Source: Mobula hypostoma (Eukaryota). From it: a stretch of DNA of 64,000 nt. The position numbers and the translations under genes are program-made. The stretch is taken from the NCBI RefSeq assembly GCF_963921235.1, contig NC_086097.1, positions 198,898,001 through 198,962,000 on the forward strand. The letters run 5' to 3'. A model generated the notes under the pieces. It saw nothing but the letters and a program-made list of their open reading frames with translations, had not been told where the DNA came from and did no database searches. This document shows positions 1-11,990 of the stretch, piece by piece. Numbering within the stretch: the stretch's first letter is position 1; the number at the start of each line of letters is the position of its first letter.

Positions 1-660
1 TGAGGAGGCCATGGAGATTCACCGGTGAATGTGTTCAAGCCATTTATTGTATCCAGTGCACCCAGAGGGGCTTTCCTTACATTGGTGAAACCTGGCACAA
101 TTTGGGGGACCTATTTGTCAAGCACCATTGCTCCACCCATGGCAAAAGGCAGGATTTCCTCGTGCCCACTCACTTCAATTGGACTTCCCATTCCAATGTA
201 CCAGTCCATAGCCTCATCTACTGCCACAAAGAGACCACACTCAGGTTGGAGGAACCAAGGGGGAGGGGGAGAAATAATCAGAAGTTGGAGAAATCAATGT
301 TCATGCCATCAGGTTGGAAACTACCCACAGAGTATGATTCAGATTCACTTCCCTCTAAAGCCCCTCCTCCTTCCGTTTCTTTCATGGACTACTATCCTCT
401 CCTAACAAATTCCTTCTTCAGTCCTATACCTCTTTCACCCATCTCCTCCCAGCTTCTTAATTCGTCCTCCTCCCTTCCCCCTCACCTGGAGTCACACATC
501 CCCAGCCAGTTGTACCCCTCTCCTCCGCCAGCTTTTTATTCTGGCTTCTACCTCACTCCTTTCCAGTCCTGATGAAGGATTTCGGCCGAAAACGTCCACT
601 GTTCATTCCCCTACATGGATGCTGCCCGAATTGCTGAGTTCCTCCCGCATCTCCACGTTT
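1..660 (+). mobile_element. Degenerate Penelope-like element (PLE) 3' region: GIY-YIG remnant, pyrimidine-rich tract, hammerhead-like core
   Basis: Translated remnants resemble the PLE endonuclease at 23950-24411 (…KETTLRLEE…). A short inverted piece lies near 265-330. CAGTC-CTGATGA-AGGATTTCGGCC-GAAAACGTC at about 564-600. Confidence 0.75.
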
Positions 661-689
661 CTCAGACCAACTTCTGTTACTTTTTAAAC

Positions 690-1400
690 TGAGGACATCC
701 CCCGCGCCCCCCCCCCCGTTTCTCCAGAGAGATGAACTTTTAGTGAGTGGACAGAGCAGAGAGACGGCAAGCAAATGAACTCCAGGCCTTTACCGCTCCA
801 CTGCGGCGCCTCGGAGCGCCCAGCCTGCCCCGCTGTCACTCACCCAACAACCGCTGCGATACCTGCCGAGCCACCACGGGCAACGGCTCCTCTCCGTCAT
901 AGTAGGAGTTCAAGATGGCGTCGATGACGAAGATGCAGGGGACCCTGAGGGCCACGTCCAGGACCCCACGCAGGTGACTCCCCACTGACACCCACTGCGA
1001 GGACATCGTCAACGATCCCCCTGTCCCTCACTGAAAACCGTCGGTGGAGCCGCCGCGCAACCTGCCACTCCAGATATCCGCAAAGCTGGCGGAGATGTGG
1101 CCGCCGGCGAGTCAGCTATCAGCGCTGTCTTGCTGCCCTGCCGCCGCTCCTCTCCGCGTCCCCTCCATACTCGAGGGCCGTGACCGCTGCTACAGCCCCT
1201 TTCCTCACTCCTTGAGCACGTCACACAAAACAATACGTCATAATCAGGTCCACCGAGAACCCGAGGCGTAACGGAGGAAGGAGACGCAGGTTACGTTCGG
1301 CGGGCAGGAGACGTCTGTTACGTCATAGAAACACGCATGTCAAGATTTTGACTTGCTGGGGCGGTTAGTAGCCGGGCTGCAGGGTGCGCGGAAGGGAATT
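690..1400 (-). promoter_or_regulatory. CpG island and promoter of RNF139
   Basis: CpG-dense, non-repeat sequence around exon 1. ACGTCA motifs at 1217-1223, 1234-1241 and 1318-1326; GC box GGGGCGG near 1358-1364. Confidence 0.75.
844..1006 (-). CDS. RNF139: RING finger protein 139 (TRC8, ER E3 ligase), first coding exon
   Basis: ATG at 1006 reads MSSQWVSVGSHLRGVLDVALRVPCIFVIDAILNSYYDGEEPLPVVARQVSQRLL(G), 54 codons + 1 nt, then a GTGAGT donor (phase 1). It matches the TRC8 N-terminal motif LEVALRVPCLYIIDAIFNSY and sits in a CpG island. Not in the supplied ORF track. Confidence 0.9.
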
Positions 1401-1744
1401 GAGAAATATCAAGCTGAAGTGTGAGCTCTGCTTCTCCTACCTCCTACCTGAATCTCGGCTGTGGTATTTACTTTCGTTTCCCGAAGATTTGCCCTTCTCG
1501 TCTCCGTTTTTCAAAGAAACTGCTTCATCGGGGCCACCTTTGTGGATTGACGGGTCGCAAATATATACTCTTTACATGACCTTTGGATGGATGACAAGAT
1601 AAATAAGGCAGGAATGTGTTGCCCAAAATATTGCAAGATTGAAAGGAAATATATAAGTAATGGGAAATTGGATAAGTGACAACTGATAACCTTCACAAAC
1701 AAAAGGATATCAAGCCTAGTGTCAGAACAGAGCACTTGCTCTGA

Positions 1745-2550
1745 GAATGAACCTCAAAGTAAATTTATTGTCAAAACAAATACTGTATATATACACCCTG
1801 AGGTTCATTTTTTGTGGGCATTCACAATAACCACAAAGAAACAACATAGAACCAATGAAAAAAAACACAAGCAAACAACTAATGTGTAATGTACAAACTG
1901 TAAATACAAAAAACAATAATAAATAAATAAGCAGTAAATATCAAGAACAGGAGATGATGAGCCCTTGAAAGTGAGCCCATTGGTTGTGGGAACAGTTCAG
2001 TGTTGGGGGTAGTGAAGTTATTCCCTCTGGTTCAAGAGCCTGTTGATTGAGGGGCAATAACTGTTCCTGAAACTGGTTGTGTGGGTCCTAAGGTTTCTGT
2101 ACTTCCTTCCTCATGACAGCAGTGTGAAGACAGCATGGCCTGGATGGTATAGATCCTTGAAGATGGATGCTGCTTTTCTTGTAAATGTGCTCAATAGTGG
2201 GGAGGGCTGTTGCCACTACTTTTTGTAGGTTTTTCCTTTTGAGGGCATTTGTGCTTTCACACTAGACCATGATGAAATCTCCACCTCACAACTATAGAAA
2301 TATGTCAAAGTTATAAATGACATGCTGAATCTTCACAAACTTCAGAAAAAGTAGAAGCCCTGCCGTGCTTTCTTTGTAATGACACGTGTTGGTCCCAGGA
2401 CAAATCCTCTGAAATGATAACTGATGAATTTCAAGTTGCTGACCCGCTCCACTTCATATCCCTTAATGAAGACTGCTTCATAGACCTCTGGTTTCCTCCT
2501 CTTTTAGTCAATAATCAGGGCTTTGCCTTTGCTGACACTGAATGAGAGCT
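1745..2550 (-). mobile_element. Degenerate Rex1/Babar-type LINE, 3' part
   Basis: Reverse-complement similarity to the RT C-terminus and 3' UTR of the Rex1-type copy at 20090-21385. Confidence 0.65.
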
Positions 2551-3492
2551 AGGAACAGAGATGAGATTTTGTGGGCGTGATAGAGACCCCAGGATGTTGC
2601 CTCCCAGGTGCCAGAGTCAGGAATGTCTTGGTCCATGGTATTCTAAAGGGGCAGGATGAGCAGCCAGAAGTCTCAGTACATACTGACACCAATGACATAG
2701 GTAGAAAAGGTGAGGAGGTCCTGAAGAGAGATTTTAGGAAGCTAGGACCTGAAAAACAGGACCTTTAGGGCAGTAATCTTTGGATTGCTACCTGTGCCAC
2801 GTGCCAGTGAGGGTAAGAATAGGATGATTTGGCAGGTTAATGTGTGCTGAGGAACTGATGGAGGGGTCAGGGGTTCAGATTTCTGGATCTGTTCTGGGTT
2901 CTTCTTGTACAATCTATACAAAAGGGACAAGTTACACCTGAACCTGAGGGGGATCAATATCCTTGTGGGCAGGTTTGCTGGAGTGGTTCAGAAGGGTTCA
3001 AACAAATTTGGCAGGGAGGTGGGAACCAGAGTGATAATGCTGAGGATGAGTTGGTTTACAAACAGAGGCAGTGTGTAGTGAGACTGCTAGTAAGGAGAGG
3101 CTGGAGACAGGACAAAATTGCGGTCAGCAGAATGAATTGCAATATAAGAAGGGGACAGAATTGAAAATAGCAAATACAGGACTGAAGGTGTTATATTTAG
3201 ATGCGCACCATATACGGAATAAGGTTGATGAACTTGTAGCTCAGTCACAGATTGGCATGTATGATGTAGGCATCACTGAATCATGGCTGAAAGAAGATTA
3301 TAGACATTCAAAGATACACATTGTAACAAAATAGGGAGAGGGGGTGGCATGGCTCTGTTGGTAAAAATGAAAACAAGTCATTAGAAAGAGGTGACAGAAG
3401 GTCAGAAGCCGTTGAATCATTGTGTGTACAACTAAGGAATGCAAGATAAAAAGACCTTGATGGGACTTATATGCAAACCCCCCCTCCAACAA

Positions 3493-3911
3493 TAAAACTG
3501 CCAAAAAGACAACAACCTTGTTGTAGTTAGGAGTCTTATGTGCTTCAATGACCTGGAGAGCTATGTTGGCTGGAGTCAGGACTTCATGCTTTGTCTCTTG
3601 ATAGGTCACTCATGCTAAACAGGTCAAAGAGTAGAGGCCAGACTAAGAGTGGCCCACCGATCCTCCAGGTTTGTGGGGTCAGCACAATGCTACCAACACT
3701 GGCTGGTCAATCAAAGCTGTTGCAGGGAGCACTGAATAATCCTTCTACATCTGTGTGTGACGGTATTGCCGGGTCTCTACCCAGGACTTGTGTGACTGAC
3801 AGTAAACCAAATGCAAACTAACACGATGAAGGAAGATGTGAAAGCCAGCAGAGATGGAGGACCATCGTTGCTGTCCTAAATGTCAATGGCGTAACAGGCT
3901 AGAAAAAAAAG
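3493..3911 (+). mobile_element. Short non-autonomous RTE-derived retroelement inserted in CR1
   Basis: Interrupts CR1 APE sequence. Leader resembles RTE-clade 5' ends (ACCTTG…ATGACCTG…AGCTATG…GGTCACTCATGC…CAGGTC) and the element ends in an A-rich tail. Confidence 0.5.
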
Positions 3912-4788
3912 TAGTAGTAAGGAAGCAGTCTACAAATTCCAATGGGAGATAGAAAATGCATGCCAAAATGGCGATGTTATAGTCATGGGGGATTTCACTA
4001 CGCAGGTAGATTGGGAAAATCAAGTTGGTGCTGAGTCCCAAAAAGGGGAATTTCTAGAATGCCTATGAGATGGCATTTTAGCGCAGCTTGTGGTTGACCC
4101 TCTGGGAGATTAGATATTCTGGACTGGATTTTGTGCAATGAACCAAAATTGATTAGAGAGCTTAAGGTAAAGGAACCCTTAGGGACAGTAATTATAATAT
4201 GATAGAATTCACTCTGGAGTTTGAGAAGGAGAAGTTAAAGTCAGATGTATCAGTATTTCAGTGGAGTAAATGGAATCACAGGGGCATGAGAGAGGAGCTG
4301 GCCAAAATTGATTGGAAAAGTACACAAAAGTACGGAGCAGCAATGGTTGAAATTTCTGGAAGCAATTCAGAAGGTGCATGATGTATACATACAAGATAAC
4401 ACAACCATGGTAAACAGGAGAAGTCAAAGGCAATATAAAGCCAAAGACAGGGCATAGAGCAAACATTAGTGGGAAGTTAGAGGATTGGGAAGCTTTTACA
4501 AACCAACTGAAGGCAACTAAAAAAGTCATTAAGATGGAAAATATGGAATACGAAGGTAAGCAAACCAATAATATTAAAGAGGATATATACAGTTTCTTCA
4601 GATACATAAAGTGTAAAAGAGAGGTGAGAGTGGATACCTGATCACTGGAAATTGATGCTGGAGAGGTAGTAATGGGGGACAATGAAATGGCGGATGAACT
4701 GAATAGGTATTTTGCATCAGTCTTCGCTGTGGAAGACACGAGCTGTATGCTGGAAGTTCAAGAGTGCAGGGGGCAGATGTGTGAAGTT

Positions 4789-5229
4789 ATAAACACAAAA
4801 TAATCTGCAGATGCTGTTGTCAAAGGAACACTCACAATGCGCTGGAGGAACTCAGCAGGTCAGTCAGCATCAGTTGAAAAAATTAGTCGACGTTTCGGGC
4901 CGAAACCCTTCATCAGGACTGAAGGAAGAACTTTGGGGAGAGTTTGAAGAATGCTCCCCCTCCCTTCCTCTATCCCTATTTCACATCACCTCCCTCATAG
5001 TTCCGCCTCCTTCTACTACTGCGCATTGTTCTCCTGCCAATCACCTCCCTGCTTCCCCTCCCCCACCCCTTGGTTTTTCAAATTACTGTTTTTTTCCACT
5101 ACCAGCATTCTTCAAACCCTCCCCAAAGTTCTTCCTTCAGTCCTGACGAAGGGTTTTGGCCTGAAACGTCAACTAATCTTTTCAACTGATGCTGACTGAC
5201 CTGCTGAGTTCCTCCAGCGCATTGTGAGG
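4789..5229. mobile_element. PLE-derived fold-back element with two inverted hammerhead-like cores
   Basis: Arms of about 130 bp (about 4831-4955 and 5105-5228) are reverse complements. TSD TGTGTGAAGTT at 4778-4788 and 5230-5240. Confidence 0.85.
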
Positions 5230-6339
5230 TGTGTGAAGTTGCCATTACTAGGGAGAAAGTTTTGGGGAAATTGAAAGGTCTGAAGGTACATAAATCACCG
5301 AGACTAGATGGGTACACCCCAGAGTTTTGACAGAGGTGGTTGGAGAGATAGTGAAGGCATCAGGAATGATCTTTAATGAATTACTAGATTCTGGAATAGA
5401 TTCGGAAGACTGGTAAATTGCAAATGTCACTCCACTCTTCAAGAAGGGAGAGAGGCAGAAGAAAGGAAATTATAGGGCAGTTAGTCTGCCTTTGAGATTG
5501 GGAAGATGTTGGAGTTGATTGGTAAGGATGTGATTTTGGGGCACTTGGAGGAAGACTCTAGCCTGGATAAACAAGGACAGTCCTTGTGCAGGATTCCGTA
5601 AAGGTTAATTTGCAGGTTGAGTTGGTGGTGAGGAAGGCAAAAGCAATGTTAGCATTCATTTCAAGAGGATTATAGTATAAAGGCAGGGGTGTAATATTCA
5701 GACTTTATAAAGCACTGGTTATGCCTCACTTGGAGTATTATGAGTAGCTTGGTCCCCTTATCTAAGAAAGGATGTGTTGACATTGGAAAGAGTTTAAAGG
5801 ATGTTCATGAAAATGATTCTGGGAATGAATGGCTTGTCATGTGAAGAGCATTTGATGGCTCCGGGCCTGTACTCACTGGAATTCAGAAGAATGAGGGGTG
5901 ACCTCATTGAAACATATCGAACGCTGAAAGGCCTTGATAGAGTGGATGTGGAGAAGATGTTTCCTACGGTGGGGCATCTAAGACCAGAGGACACAGACTC
6001 AGAATAGAAGGGCATCGTTTAAGAGTGAAGATAAGGAGGAATTTCTTTAGCCAGAGAGTGGTGAGTCTATGGACATCATTGCCACAGGTGGCTGTGAAGG
6101 CCAAGTCAATAAGGCAGGGGTTGATAGATTCTTGATTAGTCAGGGCATGAAGGGATACAGGGAGAAGGCCGGAGATTGGGGCTGAGAGGGAAATTCGATC
6201 AGCCATGATGAAATAGCGGAGCAGGTTCAATGGGCCAAATGGGCTAATTCTGCTCCTATATCTTATGGTCTTATGGCTGTTGCTGTGGTACCATTCTGTC
6301 ATAGTTTCAAACTCCCTCCTATATACTGATTTTTGACTA

Positions 6340-6970
6340 CCTTTGATTTAACAAATGACGGTGGTGTCATCAGCAAACTTAAATGTGGCACTGGAGCTGA
6401 GATTAGCCTCACAATCATAAGTATAAAGTGAATAGATCAGGGGGCTAAGCACACAGCCTTGTGGTATACCTATGTTGATGATGATTGTGGATGCCAATCC
6501 GAACTGACTGGCATCTGCATTGGAGGAACTCAATAATACAGTTGCACAAGGAGATATTGAGGCCTAAGTCTTGGAGCTTATTGATTAGTTTTGAGGGGAT
6601 AATAGTATAGAGTACCAAAGTGTAGTCAATGAAGAGCATTCTTATGTATGCACCTTCACTGTCCAGATGTAACAAGTTCGAGTGAAGAGCCAATGAAATG
6701 GAATCTGCTGACAACCTGTTGTGATGGTAGACAAATTGGAGTGGATCCAAGTCACTTTTCAGGTAGGAGTTGATATCTTTCATCACCAACGTCTCAAAGC
6801 AGTTTATCACAGTGGATGTAAGTGTTGCTGGATGATGGTCATTGAGGCAGATTGCCACTTTCTCCTTGGGCGCTGGTGTAAGTGAAGCTTAAGGGTGTCA
6901 TAGACTGCTGAAACAAGACGTTAAAGTTATTAGCCAGTTGATTACCACAGGTCTTCAGTACTTGGCCAGG
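6340..6970 (-). mobile_element. Rex1/Babar LINE RT fragment
   Basis: ORFs contain [26 protein letters not shown] and KFADDTTV. Confidence 0.8.
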
Positions 6971-7936
6971 TGCCCCATTCCAAATATGTACCATACTCTG
7001 CAAGGAAAAGTTTCCCCTCATTGTCCTTCTAAATCTTCTTCCTGTCATCCCAAATCTATGCCCTTACTGTAGTTTTAAGACTCCCCTACCCTGACTGTTA
7101 ACATTCAGTTATGTATGCCCTTCATAATGTAAAACTATTCGCTAAGATTGCCCCTCAATCTCCTGCATTCCAAAGGATGAACACTTAGCCTGGTCAATCG
7201 CTCCCTATAATTCAGGCCCTCTAATCATGGACTTCTTTTGTAAATCTTTTCTGTACTTTGTCCAGTTAAACCATGCTGTTTCTATACCAGGATAACCAAA
7301 ACTGTACACTGTACTCTAAGTGTGGCCTCACCAATGATTTATGCATCTGCAACATTATGTCCCAACTCCTGTAGTCAGTGCTTGACTGATGGAGGCCAGT
7401 GTGCTGAATGCTTTTTCACCAGCCTTTCTACCTGTGCTGCTACTTTCAATGACCGATGCACTCCTCGTGCTCCAAGATCCTTCAGTTCCATTTCACTCCT
7501 TAGGGCCCTACTATTCCTAACTTATACTAATGCTGGTTTAACTTTCCAGTGGTTGCTTACTCTTTTTCAGATTGGAGAAAAGCAATGATTACCCAAGGAT
7601 TGTTAGTAGGACTGCTGCTCTTGGTGATGTATATTAACAACCTGGGCTTGGATAGACATGTTTGCAAAATCTGTGATGATGGCTGGGACTATCATAATTA
7701 GAGTGGGATAGTAGTAGGCTTCTGAATATCCAGATTACTGAAATGGACATATGCACTGCAGATAGAATCCACCATAAAGAAATGTGAATATATCTCGTAA
7801 TGAAGAAAGGCATTGTGAGCTGAATAATTATGATGTTAGTCCAAAATACCAGACCTGGGGATGGATTTATACAAACATTGAAACATGCGGCAATGAATTC
7901 AGAAAGCTACTAAAATGTACATTGGTTCCTTGAATT

Positions 7937-9165
7937 TACTGGACAACATATTTTTTCGAAAGTATTGCTTTAAATTTTTTTGTTTATGATAGACCCCTTG
8001 AAGCTAAGTACAAATATGATTTCAGACTACTTGTATCATGTAGGGTTTTGGAGAAACAAGAAATGAACTTTTATTGAATATAATGCATTTAATTGCATAA
8101 CAGTGCTGATGCTTTGCAATAGTTCAACAAAGCTAATTTTTTGATGATTTTCACTTGTACTCAAAGGTTTCAAAGGTACAATTTAATGTCTGAGAAATGT
8201 ATACAATATACATCTTGAAATGCTTTTTCTTCACAACCATCCACTAAAACAGATGAGTGCCCCAATGAATGAACACAGTCAAATGTTCGAACCCTAAAGA
8301 CCCCTCCCCCAGCTCCCTACTCCCACGCGTAAACGGCAGCAAGCAACAATCTCCTCTCCCCCCACCAGCAAATAAAGCATCGGCACCCACCACTGAACAC
8401 TCAGGCGTGAGCAAAGCAACAGTAAAGCCATAAACTCGGTGTTTTTGAGTCTTTTTGCTTAAGTGCTCAACCATAATCAGCGAGCTTTGGTGGATTCCAG
8501 AATCAGCCAGCCCTGACACCGTTTCTCCGTGACTGCAATGTCCCAGTGAAACCTTTCACCATGCTCTTCACTGACAGTGCCATGATTTGCAGCAAAAAAA
8601 GTCTTAATGAGATTGCATAACATGAATTTTTAGTGACATGTTGCAGTTCATAGTTTTGTATGCTTGAAGCATGTTGTCAGCCAGCTGCACATAGTTTAGT
8701 GCTTTGTAGTTGCTGAGAAAATTTTCAACAATATCCTTGAATGTCTTCCATGTAATTTTCTCCGGTCCCACTAGAAGTTCTTCAAGTTCTTCATGAATAA
8801 TCTGTTTGAATTCTGGACCAAGAAAAATGCCTTCCTTAATCTTGACATCAGTTATTCTGAGAAATATCTGTCTCAGATATCAAAATTCTTCATGGAAATT
8901 TATACCCTTTCCGAAACCTGTCCTGCCATGCAGTATCCCTGCTTAAGTAAGCCCAACCATGCCTGGACAAGATAGAAAACTCTTCAGCTTACATTGTGGG
9001 CAACATTTTAATTGACTTGAGTTATGAATTGAAATAACAAATATAGGCAATTTTAAAAAATGGTGTGTGATAGGGACATTTCATGGTGATTTTCATGATC
9101 AGCATCCCAAAATCCATAAGATACACCCAGAAGTATTCAGAAAGCAATACGTTTGTTGTCCAGTG
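7937..9165 (-). mobile_element. Chapaev-like (CMC superfamily) DNA transposon remnant
   Basis: Inverted ends ACTGGACAACA… and …TGTTGTCCAGTG followed by TTA. Minus-strand 8512-8900 translates to KIKEGIFLGP…TWKTFKDIVENFL…NMSLKIH…SEEHGERFHWDI. A LINE tail is inserted at about 8161-8430. The superfamily name is from recall of these motifs. Confidence 0.6.
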
Positions 9166-9310
9166 TTATTGGAGAAATACTCAAGGAAGAGATCATACTA
9201 AATCTTTATAAAAAAAATTCTTGTCAGGTCTTGGGAATTTATCTACCCTAATTTGCCTCAAGACTGCAAACCACTCCTCCTCTGTAATCGGTATAGGGTC
9301 TAACTCCTCA

Positions 9311-10453
9311 CATAGAAAAATTTACAGCACAATACAGGCTTTTCGGCCCACAAAGCTGTGCCGAACATGTCCTTACCTTAGAAATTACCTAGGGTTACCC
9401 ATAGCCCTCTATTTTTCTAAGCTCCATGTACCTATCCAGGAGTATCCTATTGTATCCACCTCCACCACCGTTGCTGGCAGCCCATTTCACTCTCTGTGTA
9501 AAAAACTTACTCCTGATATCTCCTCTGTACCTACTTCCAAGCACCTTAAATCTATGCCTGGGAAAAAGCCTCTGACTATCCACACGATCAATGCCTCTCA
9601 TCATCTTATACACCTCTATCAGGACACCTCTCACCCTCCGTCACTCCAAGGAGAAAAGGCCAAGTTCACTCAACCTATTCTGATAAGGCATGCTCCCCAA
9701 TCCAGGCAACATCCTTGTAAACCTCCTCTGCACCCTTTCTATGGTTTCCACATCCTTCCTGTAGTGAGGCGACCAGAACTGAGCACAGTACTCCAAGTGG
9801 GGTCTGACCAGGATCCTATATAGCTGCAACATTACCTTTCGGCTCCTAAACACAATCCTATGATTGATGAAGGCCAATGCACCATATGCCTTCTTAACCA
9901 CAGAGTCAACCTGCACAGCAGCTTTGAGTGTTCTATGGACTTGGACCCCAAGATCCCTCTGATGCTCCTCACTGCCAAGAGTCTTACCATTAATTCTATA
10001 TTCTGCCATCATATTTGACCAATCAAAATGAACAACTTCACACTTAAGCAACACACATAAAAGTTGCTGGTGAATGCAGCAGGCCAGGCAGCACCTCTTC
10101 CTAGAGATGCTGCCTGGCCTGCTGCGTTCACCAGCAACTTTTATGTGTGTTGCTTGAATTTCCAGCATCTGCAGAATTCCTGTTGTTTGCGTTTAATTTC
10201 ACACTTATCTGGGTTGAAGTCCATCTGCCACTTCTCAGCCCAGTTCTGCATCCTATTGATGTCCTGCTGTAACCTCTGACAGTCCTCCAGACGATCCACA
10301 GCTCCCCCAACCTTTGTGTCATCAGCAAACTTACTAACCCACCCTTCTACTTCTTCATCCAGTTCATTTATAAAAATCACAAAGAGGAGGGGTCCCAGAA
10401 CAGATCCCTGCAGAACACCACTGGTCACCGACTTCCATGCAGAATACGAACCA
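9311..10453 (-). mobile_element. CR1 LINE, 5'-truncated
   Basis: ORFs [16 protein letters not shown]…KFADDTK and LVRPHLEYCAQFWSP; CR1 3' UTR. Confidence 0.9.
10047..10197. mobile_element. Minimal PLE-derived hairpin insertion
   Basis: Near-perfect inverted repeat of about 48 bp around a short spacer. TSD TTCACACTTA at 10037-10046 and 10198-10207; it interrupts CR1. Confidence 0.85.
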
Positions 10454-10489
10454 TTATGGAAGGGATTGAAAGTTATGGAAGGGTTATGG

Positions 10490-11110
10490 AAGTTATGCAT
10501 TGTAAGGGAATGGATATATGAGTGTTTGGATAGGCGTGGAATGATTAGGGATAGTCAGCATGCTCGGTAGGTTGTGTCTAGCTAATCTTATAGAGTTTAT
10601 TGTGGATGGTACCTGGAAGGTTGATGAAGACAAAGCACTGTATGTTGTCTACATGGACTTTAGCAAGGCATTTGGCAAGGTCCCGCATATGAGGTTAGTC
10701 AAAATGGTTCAGTCACTTGGTATTCAAGATGAGTTAGTAAATTGGATTAGAAATTGACCTTGTTGGAGAAGCCAGAGAGGGGTAGTAGATGATTGCCTCT
10801 CTAACTGGAGACCTGGAGTGCCACAAGGATTGGTGCTAGGTCCATTGTTGTTTGTCATCTGTATCAATGATCTGGATGATAATGTGGTTAACTGGATCAG
10901 CAAATTTGCAGATGACATCAAGATTGGGGGGGTAGTGAGCAGCAAGGAAAACTATCAGAGCTTGCAGTGGGATGTGGACCAGTTGGACAAATGGGCTGAA
11001 AATTGGCAGACAACTGCGAGGTGTTGCATTTCAGTGGGACCAACCAGGGTAGGTCTCACACAGTGAATGGTAAGGCACTGAGGAGTGCAGTAGAACAAAG
11101 GGGTCTGGAA
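10490..11110 (+). mobile_element. CR1 LINE RT fragment
   Basis: VYMDFSKAF and PQGLVLGPLLF…KFADD motifs. Confidence 0.85.
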
Positions 11111-11990
11111 ATTAGAAACATAGAAACATAGAAAAACCTACAGCACAATACAGACCCTTCAGCCCACAAAGTTGTGCCGAACATGTCCCTACCTTAGAAA
11201 TTACTAGGGTTATCCATAGCCCTCCATTTTTCTAAGCTCCATGTACCTATCCAAAAGTCTCTTAAAAGATCTATCATATCCACCTCTACTACCATTGCCA
11301 GCAGCCCATTTCACGCATTCACCACTCTCTGCGTAAAAAACCTAACCCTGACATCTCCTCTGTACCTACTCCCAAGCACCTTAAACCTGTGCCCTCTTGT
11401 GGCAGCCATTTCAGCCCTGGGTAAAAGCCTCTGACTATCCACATGATCAATGCCTCTCATCATCTTATACACCTCTATCAGGTCATCTCTTATCCTCCGT
11501 TGCTCCAAGGAGAAAAGGCCGAGTTCACTCAACCTGTTTTCATAAGGCATGCTCCCCAATCCAGGCAACAGCCTTGTAAATCTCCTCTGCACCCTTCCTA
11601 TGGTTTCCACATCCTTCCTGTAGTGAGGTGACCAGAACTGAGCACAGTACTCCAAGTGGGGTCTGACCAGGGTCCAATATAGCTGCAACATTACATCTCG
11701 GCTCCTAAATTCAATTCCACAATTGATGAAGGCCAATACACTGTATACCTTCTTAACCACAGAGTCAACCTGCACAGCTGCTTTGAGCGTCCTATGGACT
11801 CGAACCCCAAGATTCCTCTGATCCTCCTCACTGCCAAGAGTCTTACCATTAATACTATATTCTGCCATCATATTTGACCTACCAAATTGAACCACTTCAC
11901 ACTTATCTGGGGTGAACTCCATCTGCCACTTCTCAGCCCAGTTTTGCATCCTATCAATGTCCCGCTGCAACCTTTGACAGCCCTCTACAC

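Larger units (their letters stand above)
2555..6277 (+). mobile_element. CR1 LINE, decayed (esterase, APE and RT remnants), with nested insertions
   Basis: ORF fragments CLPGARV…HTDTNDIG (ORF1 esterase), VGITESW (APE) and LYSLEFRRMRGDLIETY (CR1 C-terminus); TCTTATGG tail repeats. Interrupted at 3493-3911 and 4789-5229. Confidence 0.85.

Noticed and set aside
1009..1602. ORFs in the CpG island (1009-1233, 1044-1271, 1384-1602) as a divergent gene
   Set aside because: Non-ATG starts and no recognisable protein; expected by chance in GC-rich promoter sequence.
4789..5229. MITE (DNA transposon) interpretation of the palindromes
   Set aside because: Arms are unequal, TSD length varies from 10 to 12 bp, and a related terminus is joined to a PLE GIY-YIG ORF at 23571-25789.
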